Origin: a virus
Lineage: Duplodnaviria; Caudoviricetes
Direction: 5' to 3' (one strand)
DNA: 54,287 bases
Virus record (IMG/VR): IMGVR_UViG_3300017987_000113
Coordinates: 1-54,287 of that record
Below the pieces are notes generated by a model. That model ran no database searches. It was not told the origin of the DNA and was given only the letters and a program-made list of their open reading frames with translations. The translations under genes and the position numbers were made by a program. Every line of letters starts with the position of its first letter. Within the stretch, counting starts at the first letter, position 1. Positions 10,957 through 21,000 of this stretch are shown piece by piece.

Positions 10957-13008
10957 TTATATCGTTTGGAATGTACCATTTACAAATTTATAAGCCCTGT
11001 AAGGCCGTTCAGTATTCTCTTTCTTATGTCTGATTACTTTTATATGCTCCTCATCTTTTTGTAAAACTTCAAGTAGTGCTGCAGTAATTGTTATATCACA
11101 ATTATACTTCTTACCTGAAGGATCATATCTGTACTTTGCAAGAGCCGTTATCAGCTCTACATCATCCATCTTTTGAATGTTCTCATAAGTAAGACTTTCA
11201 GAAAGCAAAGTTAACCAATGTATTTTAGTTGAAGGATCGATGCCATATTTGTTAGAAGCCTTGCTCTTTTTAATCATAGCTGCAGTAACAAACTCCGGCC
11301 TTTCTTTCAGCATATAACCCAGGCCATGCTGTATGTACCAGTCGATCACCAGTATCTTTGAAAACTCTATAAGGTTTATCGCATTATACATAACACACAA
11401 CATTGCAGTATGCTCATAGAATTTCTCTTTACCGCCTTCAGCTGTTCCTGGCCTCTCAGTAATCCGGGCAACGTGTTTGTTGTAAGTATGATTGGCATCG
11501 AGAAAACCTTTCTTTATCTGGCAGCTACCCATTGATGTTGAGGTGTGAGCCTCATCCTGATCATAGGAGTCAGTAGCAGCACCATAAAGATTCTTATAAA
11601 CATTACCATCCTCATCAAGTTCCGGAAGTTCATAGATAGTGGCAAATCCATCCGGATCATCTTTCCATGTAACACCGGCCCATGGTTTTTTAGGGTCTAT
11701 CCAGTCTATACTTATTTTGCGTTCTCCTGTAGCACCTTTATGATTATTCAGCCATGCTTTTCTCTCATTGAGCATTTGTACCTTAGCCTCTCCGAAGAAA
11801 CCACCGCTTGAGATAAGGAAAGCTTCTGAGGCATAGATAGGATTCTGAGTGGTGAAGATGTATTTCTTCTTAGGCTTTTTAAGTGCTGCATACTCAGCTC
11901 TGATCTTTTCTATACTCTCTTTCCTTAAACTATTGCCGTCTTTGTCAATAACCCTGAACATCCATTTAGGAGTAAAGTGTCCAACTCTTGAGGTAGTATC
12001 TACGCCTTCAGGTTCATACTTATTCTCAAAAGAAAGGATATTTTCTTCATCCGGATCATAATGTCTCTGTTCAAGATCCTGGGCCCCCTCTTCCATCTCT
12101 CCACCTGTGCCTATATAGATCTGGTATCCTGTCTTTTCATCCTCTGCATATATTGAAGGCTTAACAAACTCCGCTACATCTAAAGACCAGCCTTTTTTAC
12201 CCTTTCCGATCTCCTCATACCATACCAGATAAGGTGAGTAACGTGAGGCTGTCTGTGGCTTATCCTTAGCCGTCAATGCCCTGATCTCTGAAGCAGTCTT
12301 TCTGCTTTTCTTTACTGAGGAGCTGTCTCCACCTATTGCTCTCTGCAGGTAGAACTGTGTATTGATAAGATCATCGAGCCCTCTTTCGCAATTTTCGAAG
12401 GTATGCTCTGCGTCTGTAGCTTCTCCACCAACAATAACATTTACGGAAGCAGGTATGAAGGTGTAGTTGTATCCGATAATACCACCTGCTCCCTTTTCCG
12501 AGAAACCCAACTGGCGACCTTTCAGTTCTTGTGAATCCTTACTCTGCTCCTCCATCATATACCACCTACGGAAAAAGAAATAATCCAGGTCTAAGAAACG
12601 GGGAACAATAACATCTTTTACCTTCTGATCCTTTTTCTTAGCATAAATCTTCCAGAAGTTCAGATAGAAATACTGTCGACCTGTAAGGTGTACCCTACCA
12701 TCTTTAAAGACAATATCGTACTGTGGTACATAACAATCGTTACCTGACCATATAGCATCAATACCGTCAATGTAAGCATCTCCACCTCTCTCAATAGCAT
12801 TTTCAAAGGTTATACCATTCATACAGCGATCATACTGTTTCTGCCACCAATCATCATCGATATAGATATTGTGCTCATTCATGTAAGCTACACGCTCTTT
12901 GGCTGAGGTAGGGATACCTTGAGGATCGTGATGAAACAAATCATCTTCCCAGGGTAGGTCGATCTTATTAGCCACTGGGCTAAATCTATGTGTGTCTACA
13001 AATCTCAT
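10957..13008 (-). CDS. terL: Terminase large subunit
   Basis: LTGRQYFYLNF, KGRQLGFSE (Walker A-like), YEEIG (Walker B), GTGG and the nuclease motif ATDSYD. Confidence 0.92.
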   Translation of the reverse strand: MRFVDTHRFSPVANKIDLPWEDDLFHHDPQGIPTSAKERVAYMNEHNIYIDDDWWQKQYDRCMNGITFENAIERGGDAYIDGIDAIWSGNDCYVPQYDIVFKDGRVHLTGRQYFYLNFWKIYAKKKDQKVKDVIVPRFLDLDYFFFRRWYMMEEQSKDSQELKGRQLGFSEKGAGGIIGYNYTFIPASVNVIVGGEATDAEHTFENCERGLDDLINTQFYLQRAIGGDSSSVKKSRKTASEIRALTAKDKPQTASRYSPYLVWYEEIGKGKKGWSLDVAEFVKPSIYAEDEKTGYQIYIGTGGEMEEGAQDLEQRHYDPDEENILSFENKYEPEGVDTTSRVGHFTPKWMFRVIDKDGNSLRKESIEKIRAEYAALKKPKKKYIFTTQNPIYASEAFLISSGGFFGEAKVQMLNERKAWLNNHKGATGERKISIDWIDPKKPWAGVTWKDDPDGFATIYELPELDEDGNVYKNLYGAATDSYDQDEAHTSTSMGSCQIKKGFLDANHTYNKHVARITERPGTAEGGKEKFYEHTAMLCVMYNAINLIEFSKILVIDWYIQHGLGYMLKERPEFVTAAMIKKSKASNKYGIDPSTKIHWLTLLSESLTYENIQKMDDVELITALAKYRYDPSGKKYNCDITITAALLEVLQKDEEHIKVIRHKKENTERPYRAYKFVNGTFQTI

Positions 13009-13643
13009 CTGTTACCGAAAGCCCCCTGCTCAAGTAATGTTGCTGAACTCTTACGCCTTTTGGTCTCCTTATTCTCCTTAATAATCTTCAGGCGAATCTT
13101 CTCCTCAAGGTCTAATAGCTCATTGGCACGTTTTAAGGCATCCATCTTCTCTTTAGAATTATCCATCTTTTCATCAATGTCCACTTCTACACTACGCTGT
13201 ATCTCCTTCTCTCCGTCAAAAAGACTTACCTCTACTGTTTTCTTAACCTTAATATCCTTATGGAAAGGAATATTTCTTATATGTTGTTTCAGGGCAAGCA
13301 TATCCTGTTTAATACCTTCATAGAACCACTCCGAAGGAGTATATTGTTCATTGACGTATCTTTTTATCAGTGCCTTTACCCTTTCATTGCTCTCAAATTT
13401 ATCCGGATCAATATCGTTCATCAGGTCTTTACATACCTTCTTTCTCCTGACCGGCAGACTGCTGTTAGAGAATATATGATCCTTTTTATAAACATGGTAA
13501 ATATAAGTTATGCACTTATTGAACCAGGGCTTGTTATCGCCACGTTTGTCGGAATTGTATAAGTCCTGTACTTCTTCCAGCAACATACCTTCCGGAGTAC
13601 AACTTACTTTTTCCGTTACCTCATCATAAACTAAAAAACTCAT
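13005..13643 (-). CDS. Hypothetical protein upstream of TerL (possible small terminase)
   Basis: ORF track gives 13005-13694; the ATG at 13643 overlaps the upstream stop (ATGA) and is the likelier start. Confidence 0.5.
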   Translation of the reverse strand: MSFLVYDEVTEKVSCTPEGMLLEEVQDLYNSDKRGDNKPWFNKCITYIYHVYKKDHIFSNSSLPVRRKKVCKDLMNDIDPDKFESNERVKALIKRYVNEQYTPSEWFYEGIKQDMLALKQHIRNIPFHKDIKVKKTVEVSLFDGEKEIQRSVEVDIDEKMDNSKEKMDALKRANELLDLEEKIRLKIIKENKETKRRKSSATLLEQGAFGNR

Positions 13644-14341
13644 TTTATTATTGCTATACCTGTTACTAATCCTGCAAGGCCCAAGTAAACCCACTTGACT
13701 GCCTTTTGCCTTTTACTGTCCTTTTTATAAATATCCCGCTGCGTCTGTGTAAGATGTAGCTGGTCTGCTAAATTCACATTCATAGAGTCTGCTACGTGCA
13801 GCATCATATCCTTATACGAAATTAAACTCTCATAGTTATTTATCAATCCCTGGGCTTCATAATACAGTTCTGTCATTTCCGTAAGCTGCTCCATACAATG
13901 TTCTCTTTCCTGTATTTTAACCACTGCATCTCTTATGGCCGGCATACGGATCAATACCGCTTTATGTGTAGTATCCTCGATGTAACCCAGCTGTGCATAA
14001 AGTTTAGGAATAAGCAAACTATCATGCAGAGTTTTTATACTGTCAATAACAATATTATGAACAGCCACCAGCTCTGAATATTCTGCCTCCATCCTTTCTA
14101 TCTTAAATTTACGCTCATTTGCTATACCCTTCACGCTATCAGCGACGATCTCCAGCTCCGAGTACAAAGATACCAGAGAGCTATAATCATCTCTTAAATC
14201 TGAGAGTGTATCATTAATCTGATCAAGTCTGAACTTATCACCTTTTCTCAAAGAACGCTGGTTAAGATATCCGGCAGTTAATATAGTAGATACTATAAGT
14301 AAAAGAAGAATCAATATTGCTATTATCTTATTCTTGCTCAT
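13640..14341 (-). CDS. Membrane-anchored coiled-coil protein (spanin-like)
   Basis: N- and C-terminal hydrophobic segments around a coiled coil; within lysis block. Confidence 0.5.
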   Translation of the reverse strand: MSKNKIIAILILLLLIVSTILTAGYLNQRSLRKGDKFRLDQINDTLSDLRDDYSSLVSLYSELEIVADSVKGIANERKFKIERMEAEYSELVAVHNIVIDSIKTLHDSLLIPKLYAQLGYIEDTTHKAVLIRMPAIRDAVVKIQEREHCMEQLTEMTELYYEAQGLINNYESLISYKDMMLHVADSMNVNLADQLHLTQTQRDIYKKDSKRQKAVKWVYLGLAGLVTGIAIIK

Positions 14342-15951
14342 CGCTGTATTGCTTTTATTAATTGGGATCCGAATGCTTTATAACCGGCTACTGATCTTTG
14401 AAGAAGGCCTGGGGGCTTTTTATCTCTGGGCTCCTCTTTCTTTTTCTGTTCCACAAGCAGTCTCTTTTGATAATCATCAATATCCATATTAGGAACCTCA
14501 TCCTTATAGTCCGGCCTGAGTACAGTATGTATCTTCACGCCTGTTTTATCAGACAATGCCATTTGGCCCGGAGGCACATAGCTACGGTAGGCTCTGCCTT
14601 TATAGTTAGGTTTACCTCTGCGATTCAGCCCTTCCTGTACGTGGATATTGTGCATAACATAAAACCCACCGTCATTGTTTACTCTCTCGATATAACCAAC
14701 ATGAGTAGTACCTGAGCCTTCTTCATCAGCCCTCTCCTGATAATTGGATCCGGGATAAAACATTGTAACCACATCACCAGGCTTAAAATCATATTTGCCA
14801 CCTACCTTACGATTGATCTTATCATTACGGTTATAGCGATACTCTCCTCCTGCAGCAAGAATATTGTCTCTGTACTCCCAGGCATCGCCTTTGATCCCTA
14901 CAGTCTCCTTCCATACATCTTGCTTCATGGGAGGCTGCATAGCCATATACAGATTATTCTCTGCAAACTCCGCACACTGTCCTTCCGGACACTCCCCGAT
15001 CAATCCAGTCTTTCTTACATTCTTGTACTGGGATCCTTTCCACTGTGAAGCTTCGATGCCTCTTGGAAAATCACTCATCATTACCAATGTAGGAGAACGT
15101 CTTTCGCCTTTAGGGTTTCGTAAAGTATTGCTATCATAGTTGATATAGTCCTTCTCTGTAAAAGGCTCTCCGGTAGTTGAGGTATATCTTCTTTGGAAAC
15201 GGCCATTATCCACCATTACAAGGGTAGCCCTTCCGTATGTATTAATATACTGTTCTACCTGTGCAGCACGTTCCTGCGGATTGGTAGAATACAAAAACTT
15301 TGGATTTTTATAATTACGATCAGTAATAAGAATCTTCCCTTCCCGGGTAGGAACATAATTATCTACTGCCTCTCCTTTGTTATAAGTGGTAAAGCGGCCT
15401 TCTTCGACACCGGCACTATCAATATCCTGAGAATACTGAACCGGAATAACAACGCTGTTCTCCGGAATACGGTTTCTTCTGCCTATAACAAAGCTGCTGT
15501 CGGCCATATTAACACCATAATACAAACCCTGATCATCTTCCGGAACATTGGCAATGTTTATACTCTGATCAGTATCATAACCACCAAACAAAATCTCATT
15601 AGCCGGCATACTGGGCATTTCCCCCTGGTGTCTTATACCAAACTTGTACGGCTGGTTGAGATCCATCTGCAGGGCTCCACCTTTATAAGAGGTTCTTTCC
15701 TTACTCCTGCCTGTTAAATGATCAATAGGAATAGGCCTGCGGGGTATATTTTTCCCGAAGAAAGGATTATTAGCCATAAAATCCAGGTTAAACTGTAAAG
15801 CCTCAGCTCCGTTTACCTGAAAACCCGTTCTGTCTTGAGCTACTTGAACGGGCTGATAATAGTCCTTCTTAGGCGGGTCGCTATGTAATGTTACTAAAGC
15901 CATATAAAACGCATACCTTTTATCATTCCTGAATCGATCAAAGACTTGCAA
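14338..15951 (-). CDS. Multi-domain protein with C-terminal CHAP/NlpC-P60-like peptidase
   Basis: GQCAEFA...GDAWEY...KPGDVV...THVGYIERV catalytic Cys/His pattern. Confidence 0.65.
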   Translation of the reverse strand: MQVFDRFRNDKRYAFYMALVTLHSDPPKKDYYQPVQVAQDRTGFQVNGAEALQFNLDFMANNPFFGKNIPRRPIPIDHLTGRSKERTSYKGGALQMDLNQPYKFGIRHQGEMPSMPANEILFGGYDTDQSINIANVPEDDQGLYYGVNMADSSFVIGRRNRIPENSVVIPVQYSQDIDSAGVEEGRFTTYNKGEAVDNYVPTREGKILITDRNYKNPKFLYSTNPQERAAQVEQYINTYGRATLVMVDNGRFQRRYTSTTGEPFTEKDYINYDSNTLRNPKGERRSPTLVMMSDFPRGIEASQWKGSQYKNVRKTGLIGECPEGQCAEFAENNLYMAMQPPMKQDVWKETVGIKGDAWEYRDNILAAGGEYRYNRNDKINRKVGGKYDFKPGDVVTMFYPGSNYQERADEEGSGTTHVGYIERVNNDGGFYVMHNIHVQEGLNRRGKPNYKGRAYRSYVPPGQMALSDKTGVKIHTVLRPDYKDEVPNMDIDDYQKRLLVEQKKKEEPRDKKPPGLLQRSVAGYKAFGSQLIKAIQR

Positions 15952-16514
15952 TGATCACTTTCGATAAACTGAACATAATGGGTCTTTAAATCTATATCAG
16001 TAGTGAAATCATCAATAAGTATTGTCTGAGGAGTTTCTCTTAATATTTTACTTCCTATAGGCAGACCAAGATACAACTGGTATAAACTCCACAACTTTCC
16101 ATGAACTTTCATCTTAGGGTTTGTTACCTGAAGGCTTTTTTCAAGAAAGTGCCTGTACTCTCTGCTAAAGACCAGGGCAAATATTTCCGGTTTGCGATAA
16201 AAGAAACCTATATCACCTTTGTAGGTAAATATCTGCCTTATACATTCATCTGAATAAATAACATCTCCCAGTAGAATAATAGACCTTTCATCGTTTTCTG
16301 TAACAGTTAGAATATCTGTTAGCAGGGCTGTTTGTTTATAGTCCAGGCAGATCCCGTCTTTATCAACATGAGGTTTTCTTACAACTGAAATACCACCTGA
16401 CTGGTTCTTTATCCTATCAAGGATAGTACAGCCACCAATATCCAGAAGCCACTTATTCTCGGCCCCATATCTTCTATGAGAGCCGGCACACATTATGTAA
16501 ACATTTGTTACCAT
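15894..16514 (-). CDS. GT-A fold NTP transferase (LicC/MobA-like)
   Basis: IMCAGSHRRYG...KWLLDIGGCTILDR, LLGDV and TTDID motifs. Confidence 0.75.
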   Translation of the reverse strand: MVTNVYIMCAGSHRRYGAENKWLLDIGGCTILDRIKNQSGGISVVRKPHVDKDGICLDYKQTALLTDILTVTENDERSIILLGDVIYSDECIRQIFTYKGDIGFFYRKPEIFALVFSREYRHFLEKSLQVTNPKMKVHGKLWSLYQLYLGLPIGSKILRETPQTILIDDFTTDIDLKTHYVQFIESDHCKSLIDSGMIKGMRFIWL

Positions 16515-17062
16515 ACAAATCGTGCAACCTGATAAATCTGATCAATCGGCCTATGCCTTATAAACACCCCGTCTCCTTCTCTTGATCCTCCGGCATTGGT
16601 ATTGCCTTCCAGTGTCATTACCAAACCCTGTTCCGGGAGCCAGGCAAGAATAAACCCAACATGGGCTACCCTGCCTTTACTTCTGAAATAGATTCCAAAA
16701 GCATCTCCGAAACGTGGAATATAGTAGGTAAACTCTCCTTTCTTATAGATCGTAGTACCGGAAATAAACCAGCTGGGAGACCATGGAGTACCACAATAGC
16801 TAACATCAATCTGTTCATATCCCCACATAATGAAGATAGAACACCATGCTACACCCGGATTAAGTTCAGTAACCTCAAAATACTTGTCTATCTCCGGGCC
16901 GGTATTCCAGCCAGCCTCAGTATTGCCTACCTCTTCCAGTAAAAGCTCCCTTAAATCATTAAGGGCATCTAAAGTGTTGGCAGGATGATAGCTTTGTCCA
17001 CCAGATATTGTAGGAAAAGCAAGGCTACATACAAACAAGATATAAATAATACTTTTCTCCAT
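16508..17062 (-). CDS. CHAP-domain endolysin
   Basis: N.GP.IDKY, WCSIFIMW, HVGF, EGNT..GGSREGDGV motifs; hydrophobic N-terminus. Confidence 0.85.
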   Translation of the reverse strand: MEKSIIYILFVCSLAFPTISGGQSYHPANTLDALNDLRELLLEEVGNTEAGWNTGPEIDKYFEVTELNPGVAWCSIFIMWGYEQIDVSYCGTPWSPSWFISGTTIYKKGEFTYYIPRFGDAFGIYFRSKGRVAHVGFILAWLPEQGLVMTLEGNTNAGGSREGDGVFIRHRPIDQIYQVARFVW

Positions 17063-17373
17063 TTTGCTGTGTCTATTACTGTACCGTTTTCAAATGCTGC
17101 TTTAAAGGTCTGATCCTTTGAACTCCATATTTTAGGAAATACCAGGCGAATAATAACCCACGCCCAGAAGTTAAACCAGGTAAACTTTAATGTTCCGAAA
17201 AACATATGCTCGATATAAGAGAAAGACATTCCACCCAGCGAAGGATCAAATATCTTACCTATAGGAACAAACCAGAACCACAACAACGCCATAACAAATA
17301 AAGGTGTAAACTCATTGAACAAGTACCACCACTTCCATGACGCTAACTTTTTTAAGAAATTCCAAAACCCCAT
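16969..17373 (-). CDS. Holin-like membrane protein
   Basis: About three hydrophobic segments; directly upstream of the endolysin. Confidence 0.5.
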   Translation of the reverse strand: MGFWNFLKKLASWKWWYLFNEFTPLFVMALLWFWFVPIGKIFDPSLGGMSFSYIEHMFFGTLKFTWFNFWAWVIIRLVFPKIWSSKDQTFKAAFENGTVIDTAKWRKVLFISCLYVALLFLQYLVDKAIILPTL

Positions 17374-17388
17374 GATTAATTGTTTTTA

Positions 17389-17982
17389 TTATAAACCTAC
17401 TTTAATGGATTCTCTGATAATCTGAGAAAGAATATCCTGAACAAACTCAAGCAAAGTCCTCTTAAACCGATCTACCCTGGAATTATAAAGATTATCATTC
17501 TTAATCTCTATAACCTTAGCAATAAATACTCCTACCACCGGTTTAAGATATTCATTAAGGTTAGCCTTCATACAATCATTTCCCACTTCATCCAGCTGAT
17601 CCCTGAGTTTTTTTGAAAGAGACTCAAAATTACCACGGATCTCCTGACAGGAAACATCTTCAAAGCCTATCCCTACCACATAAGAAAAGAAAGCCTTAGC
17701 TGAATAACCCTGCAGGTTAATCAAAGCCATAACCTTTTCATCTTTTATGTAGTATAGCGAATCTCTTACCATTTCGTCGATCTCTTGCTCTATATCTGCT
17801 TTTTCAAGTATTTTCTTTAACTGTTGATTATCAAAATCTACGGTCTCTCTAAGACTTTTAACATCAGTTTTCACAATCTTCAGACCCTTATTTATGGTTG
17901 ATAAATACCAACCTCCTCCTACCGTAACTATTGCTGTTAGGCCAGCTGTTACGAACTCCGAAATAATCTGCATACTTGCCAT
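17389..17982 (-). CDS. Hypothetical protein with N-terminal TM segment
   Basis: 197-aa ORF. Confidence 0.6.
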   Translation of the reverse strand: MASMQIISEFVTAGLTAIVTVGGGWYLSTINKGLKIVKTDVKSLRETVDFDNQQLKKILEKADIEQEIDEMVRDSLYYIKDEKVMALINLQGYSAKAFFSYVVGIGFEDVSCQEIRGNFESLSKKLRDQLDEVGNDCMKANLNEYLKPVVGVFIAKVIEIKNDNLYNSRVDRFKRTLLEFVQDILSQIIRESIKVGL

Positions 17983-18022
17983 ATTTAGTTAAGTATTGAT
18001 TGGGTAAATAACTAAATACTCC

Positions 18023-21000
18023 CTATTTTGTCCACTCATCTCTGGAGCCTATTGTATTAACCTCTATATGGGCATCGATCTCATGTAAAGCTGCATCTTC
18101 ATCATAGGTATCAGCTGCATCGCCAGCATCTCTGAATAACCTACAAATAAGCATACAGCTTATAGTCAATCCTGTTCCTGATATACCTGAAAATGACGCC
18201 ACCTGGTGCTTCTTAGCCGTACCGTCAGCTGCATCATTAACATAAATAAGAGTAGTATTGCCGAAAGTACCATCTACATTGGCTACGGTATATTCCAGGC
18301 CCCAGCGTACTGTACCGGTATCTGTATCCATGGGCGACCAGTGTACGTGCATTTCAATGTCAGTACCCTCTTTATAAGCATGAGGGATCTGCATCTCAAA
18401 ATATACTTCCTCTTCAGTATTCTTATTAAACAGATAAGTATAAACTCCCTGAGAAGGCGTACCGCCACCATCATCCATGAATTTTGCAAAGTCGGGTGCA
18501 TTTGCAGATCCACGGTTAGTCGCAGAAAGCGGAACCCTTACATCTTCCCAGTATGTTTCAAGCAATGTAAAATCACCTTCAACAGTAGTATCTCCTGTAA
18601 TGGCTATCTGGTCTCCATCGATCTTCAGGCGTGAAGCCATTGATGTGCCGTTATGCACTTGAATATCGAGTTGAGAATCCAGATTAGGTGAAGCCCAGGT
18701 AGATCTACCGGAAGCAATAATCTGTATTCCTGTATATTCATCATCCCTATCATCATGTCCTCTGAATTGTAATACTCCTAAATAATCTCCACTTACTACA
18801 CGGTCATAACGGTTAAACCATAACTCTGAAGCAGAAGCGGCTGTTGTATCGTTGCTTGTCAACTCTACAGTAATGTTCCTGGTTGAACTTGTAGAACCGA
18901 ATATTTCTATAACATCTGAAGCTGGTGCATTTATCTTTGCCCTGTTAGAAACGGCCCCTGCAGTACCACCAAGGATAAGATAATTACTCGCAATAACCCT
19001 GGCATCTCCATTAACATCGAGTTTAGCATAAGGAACCTGTGTTCCTATACCTACAGAAGATCCGGTATCACTAATTTGCTTACTATAAAAGGCTGCCCAA
19101 ACATTTGCCAGAGCACCCAGGTTAATAGAATCAGTTGTATCAGGATAAAAAGCAGGATCATTGGGAGCAGGTGTAGTATCAAGGTTTATCCTGTTAAGAT
19201 CAACAGCATTATCAATCAACACCAGGCTCTCTGTAGTGGCATTACCTCCGTATATCTCTCCCTCTACCGTAAGATCATCATTGATAGTTACCATTCCGGT
19301 AGAAAAATCTCCGTGAATTAAAGGAGTTGCAGTATTAGAATTGGCTATATATAACTTATTATCTCCCGTTTCATTTGCACCTGCATAATAACCGATAAAC
19401 ACATTGCTTGATCCTGTAGTTGTAGATCCGGCCCAAGCTCCAAGAAAAGTATTATTACTTTCTGTAACCATATCGGTACCGGCATTATATCCAACTACTG
19501 TATTATAGCTCCCAGCCGTAAGAGCATCAGAAGTAGTTGCACCAATAGATATATTTCCACTGGAAGCATCTGCAGAAAGCAGAGCATTATGACCAATAGC
19601 TATATTATTACTCCCTGTTTCTAAATTTATCAATGGACTAAAACCAATGGCTATATTATATCCTGCAGTAGTATATTTTGTTAAAGCATTATGACCAATT
19701 CCAATATTAGCAGATCCGGTTGAGGTTCCACCAATATCCCCTTTTCCTGATTGTGATCCTATAAATACATTTTGACTTCCTGCTGTAGCATACCTCATTG
19801 CTTCATAACCAAAAGCACAATTATCCTGACCCGTTGTGCTGTAAACCATACTATCATGGCCAACGGCTGTATTTCTTAAACCCGTTGTTAATGAATACAT
19901 ACTATTGCGACCTATAGCAATAGAAAGATCGCCTGTAGCAGTATATAATGCCTGAGAGCCTATAGCGATATTATAGTCACCAGAAATATTAGTATGAATA
20001 GTATTATAACCTATAGCAACATTATGCGTACCATCTGCTGTATTAAACAATGATTGAAATCCTATTCCTGTATTAGAAGTTCCCGTAGTAAGGTTTAAAA
20101 GTGCTCCTGCACCAATAGCAATAGCTCTGCCAAAATTAGATGTTGTAGAAACCCCATGCCCGGCATTACTGCCAAGTAAAACATTATCATTTCCAGTTGT
20201 TAGTTCACCTCCAGCACCGACACCTACAATAACATTACTTGCCCCGGTTGTAATATCATAACCGGCCTGGTATCCAATTATAGTATTCTGCAACCCCGTA
20301 GTAAGACTAAACCCCGCCTGATAACCAAGCCCAACATTTCTGTCTGCGTCAGAAGTAGCCGTAACACCCATTCCAGCTTGATCACCTAAAAATACATTAT
20401 ATTGCCCCGTCTGATATCTCCCGGCATAACTACCAACATAAACATTATAAGAAGAAGCTGTATTCTCATATCCGGCATTCTTGCCAATAACTACATTGCC
20501 ATTGCCAGAAAGCAAGGAATAAGCAGCATCGTGACCAACTATTACATTAGAACCACCTATTGTTAGATCATGCCCAGCATTGTGCCCAGCTGCAACATTA
20601 TTAGTGCCACCTAAACATGATACCATAGAATGATAACCAATAGCAGTATTATAAGATCCGGTTGTAATAACACTTAAGACCTCATAACCAACAGCAACAT
20701 TGCTCCCTGCGGTATTTGTTCCTGATGCTCCTCTTCCTACATTAGATCCTATATAAACATTGGAACCTGCCGCTGTATATTGACCTGCAAAAGTCCCTAT
20801 CATCACATTCTCTGTCTGAGTAGTTAAGACTATTCCTGCCTGGCGGCCTATAATAATATTATTTTCGCCAGTAGTTACTGAATAAGCACTTTGAAAACCA
20901 ATCGCAATATTACTATCTCCATCAGTAAGACTCTGTAATGCAAAAGAACCAATAGCTACTGTATAAAGATAACCTGCACCTACAGATCCTTGTCCTGCAG

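Noticed and set aside
11900-11925. Self-target of array unit 5 in terL (ESIEKI codons)
   Set aside because: Only part of the gapped dinucleotide pattern matches (CC and TC positions fail); compatible with chance.
10957-13008. Intein or intron in TerL
   Set aside because: 683-aa continuous ORF with no splice-junction or homing-endonuclease motifs seen.
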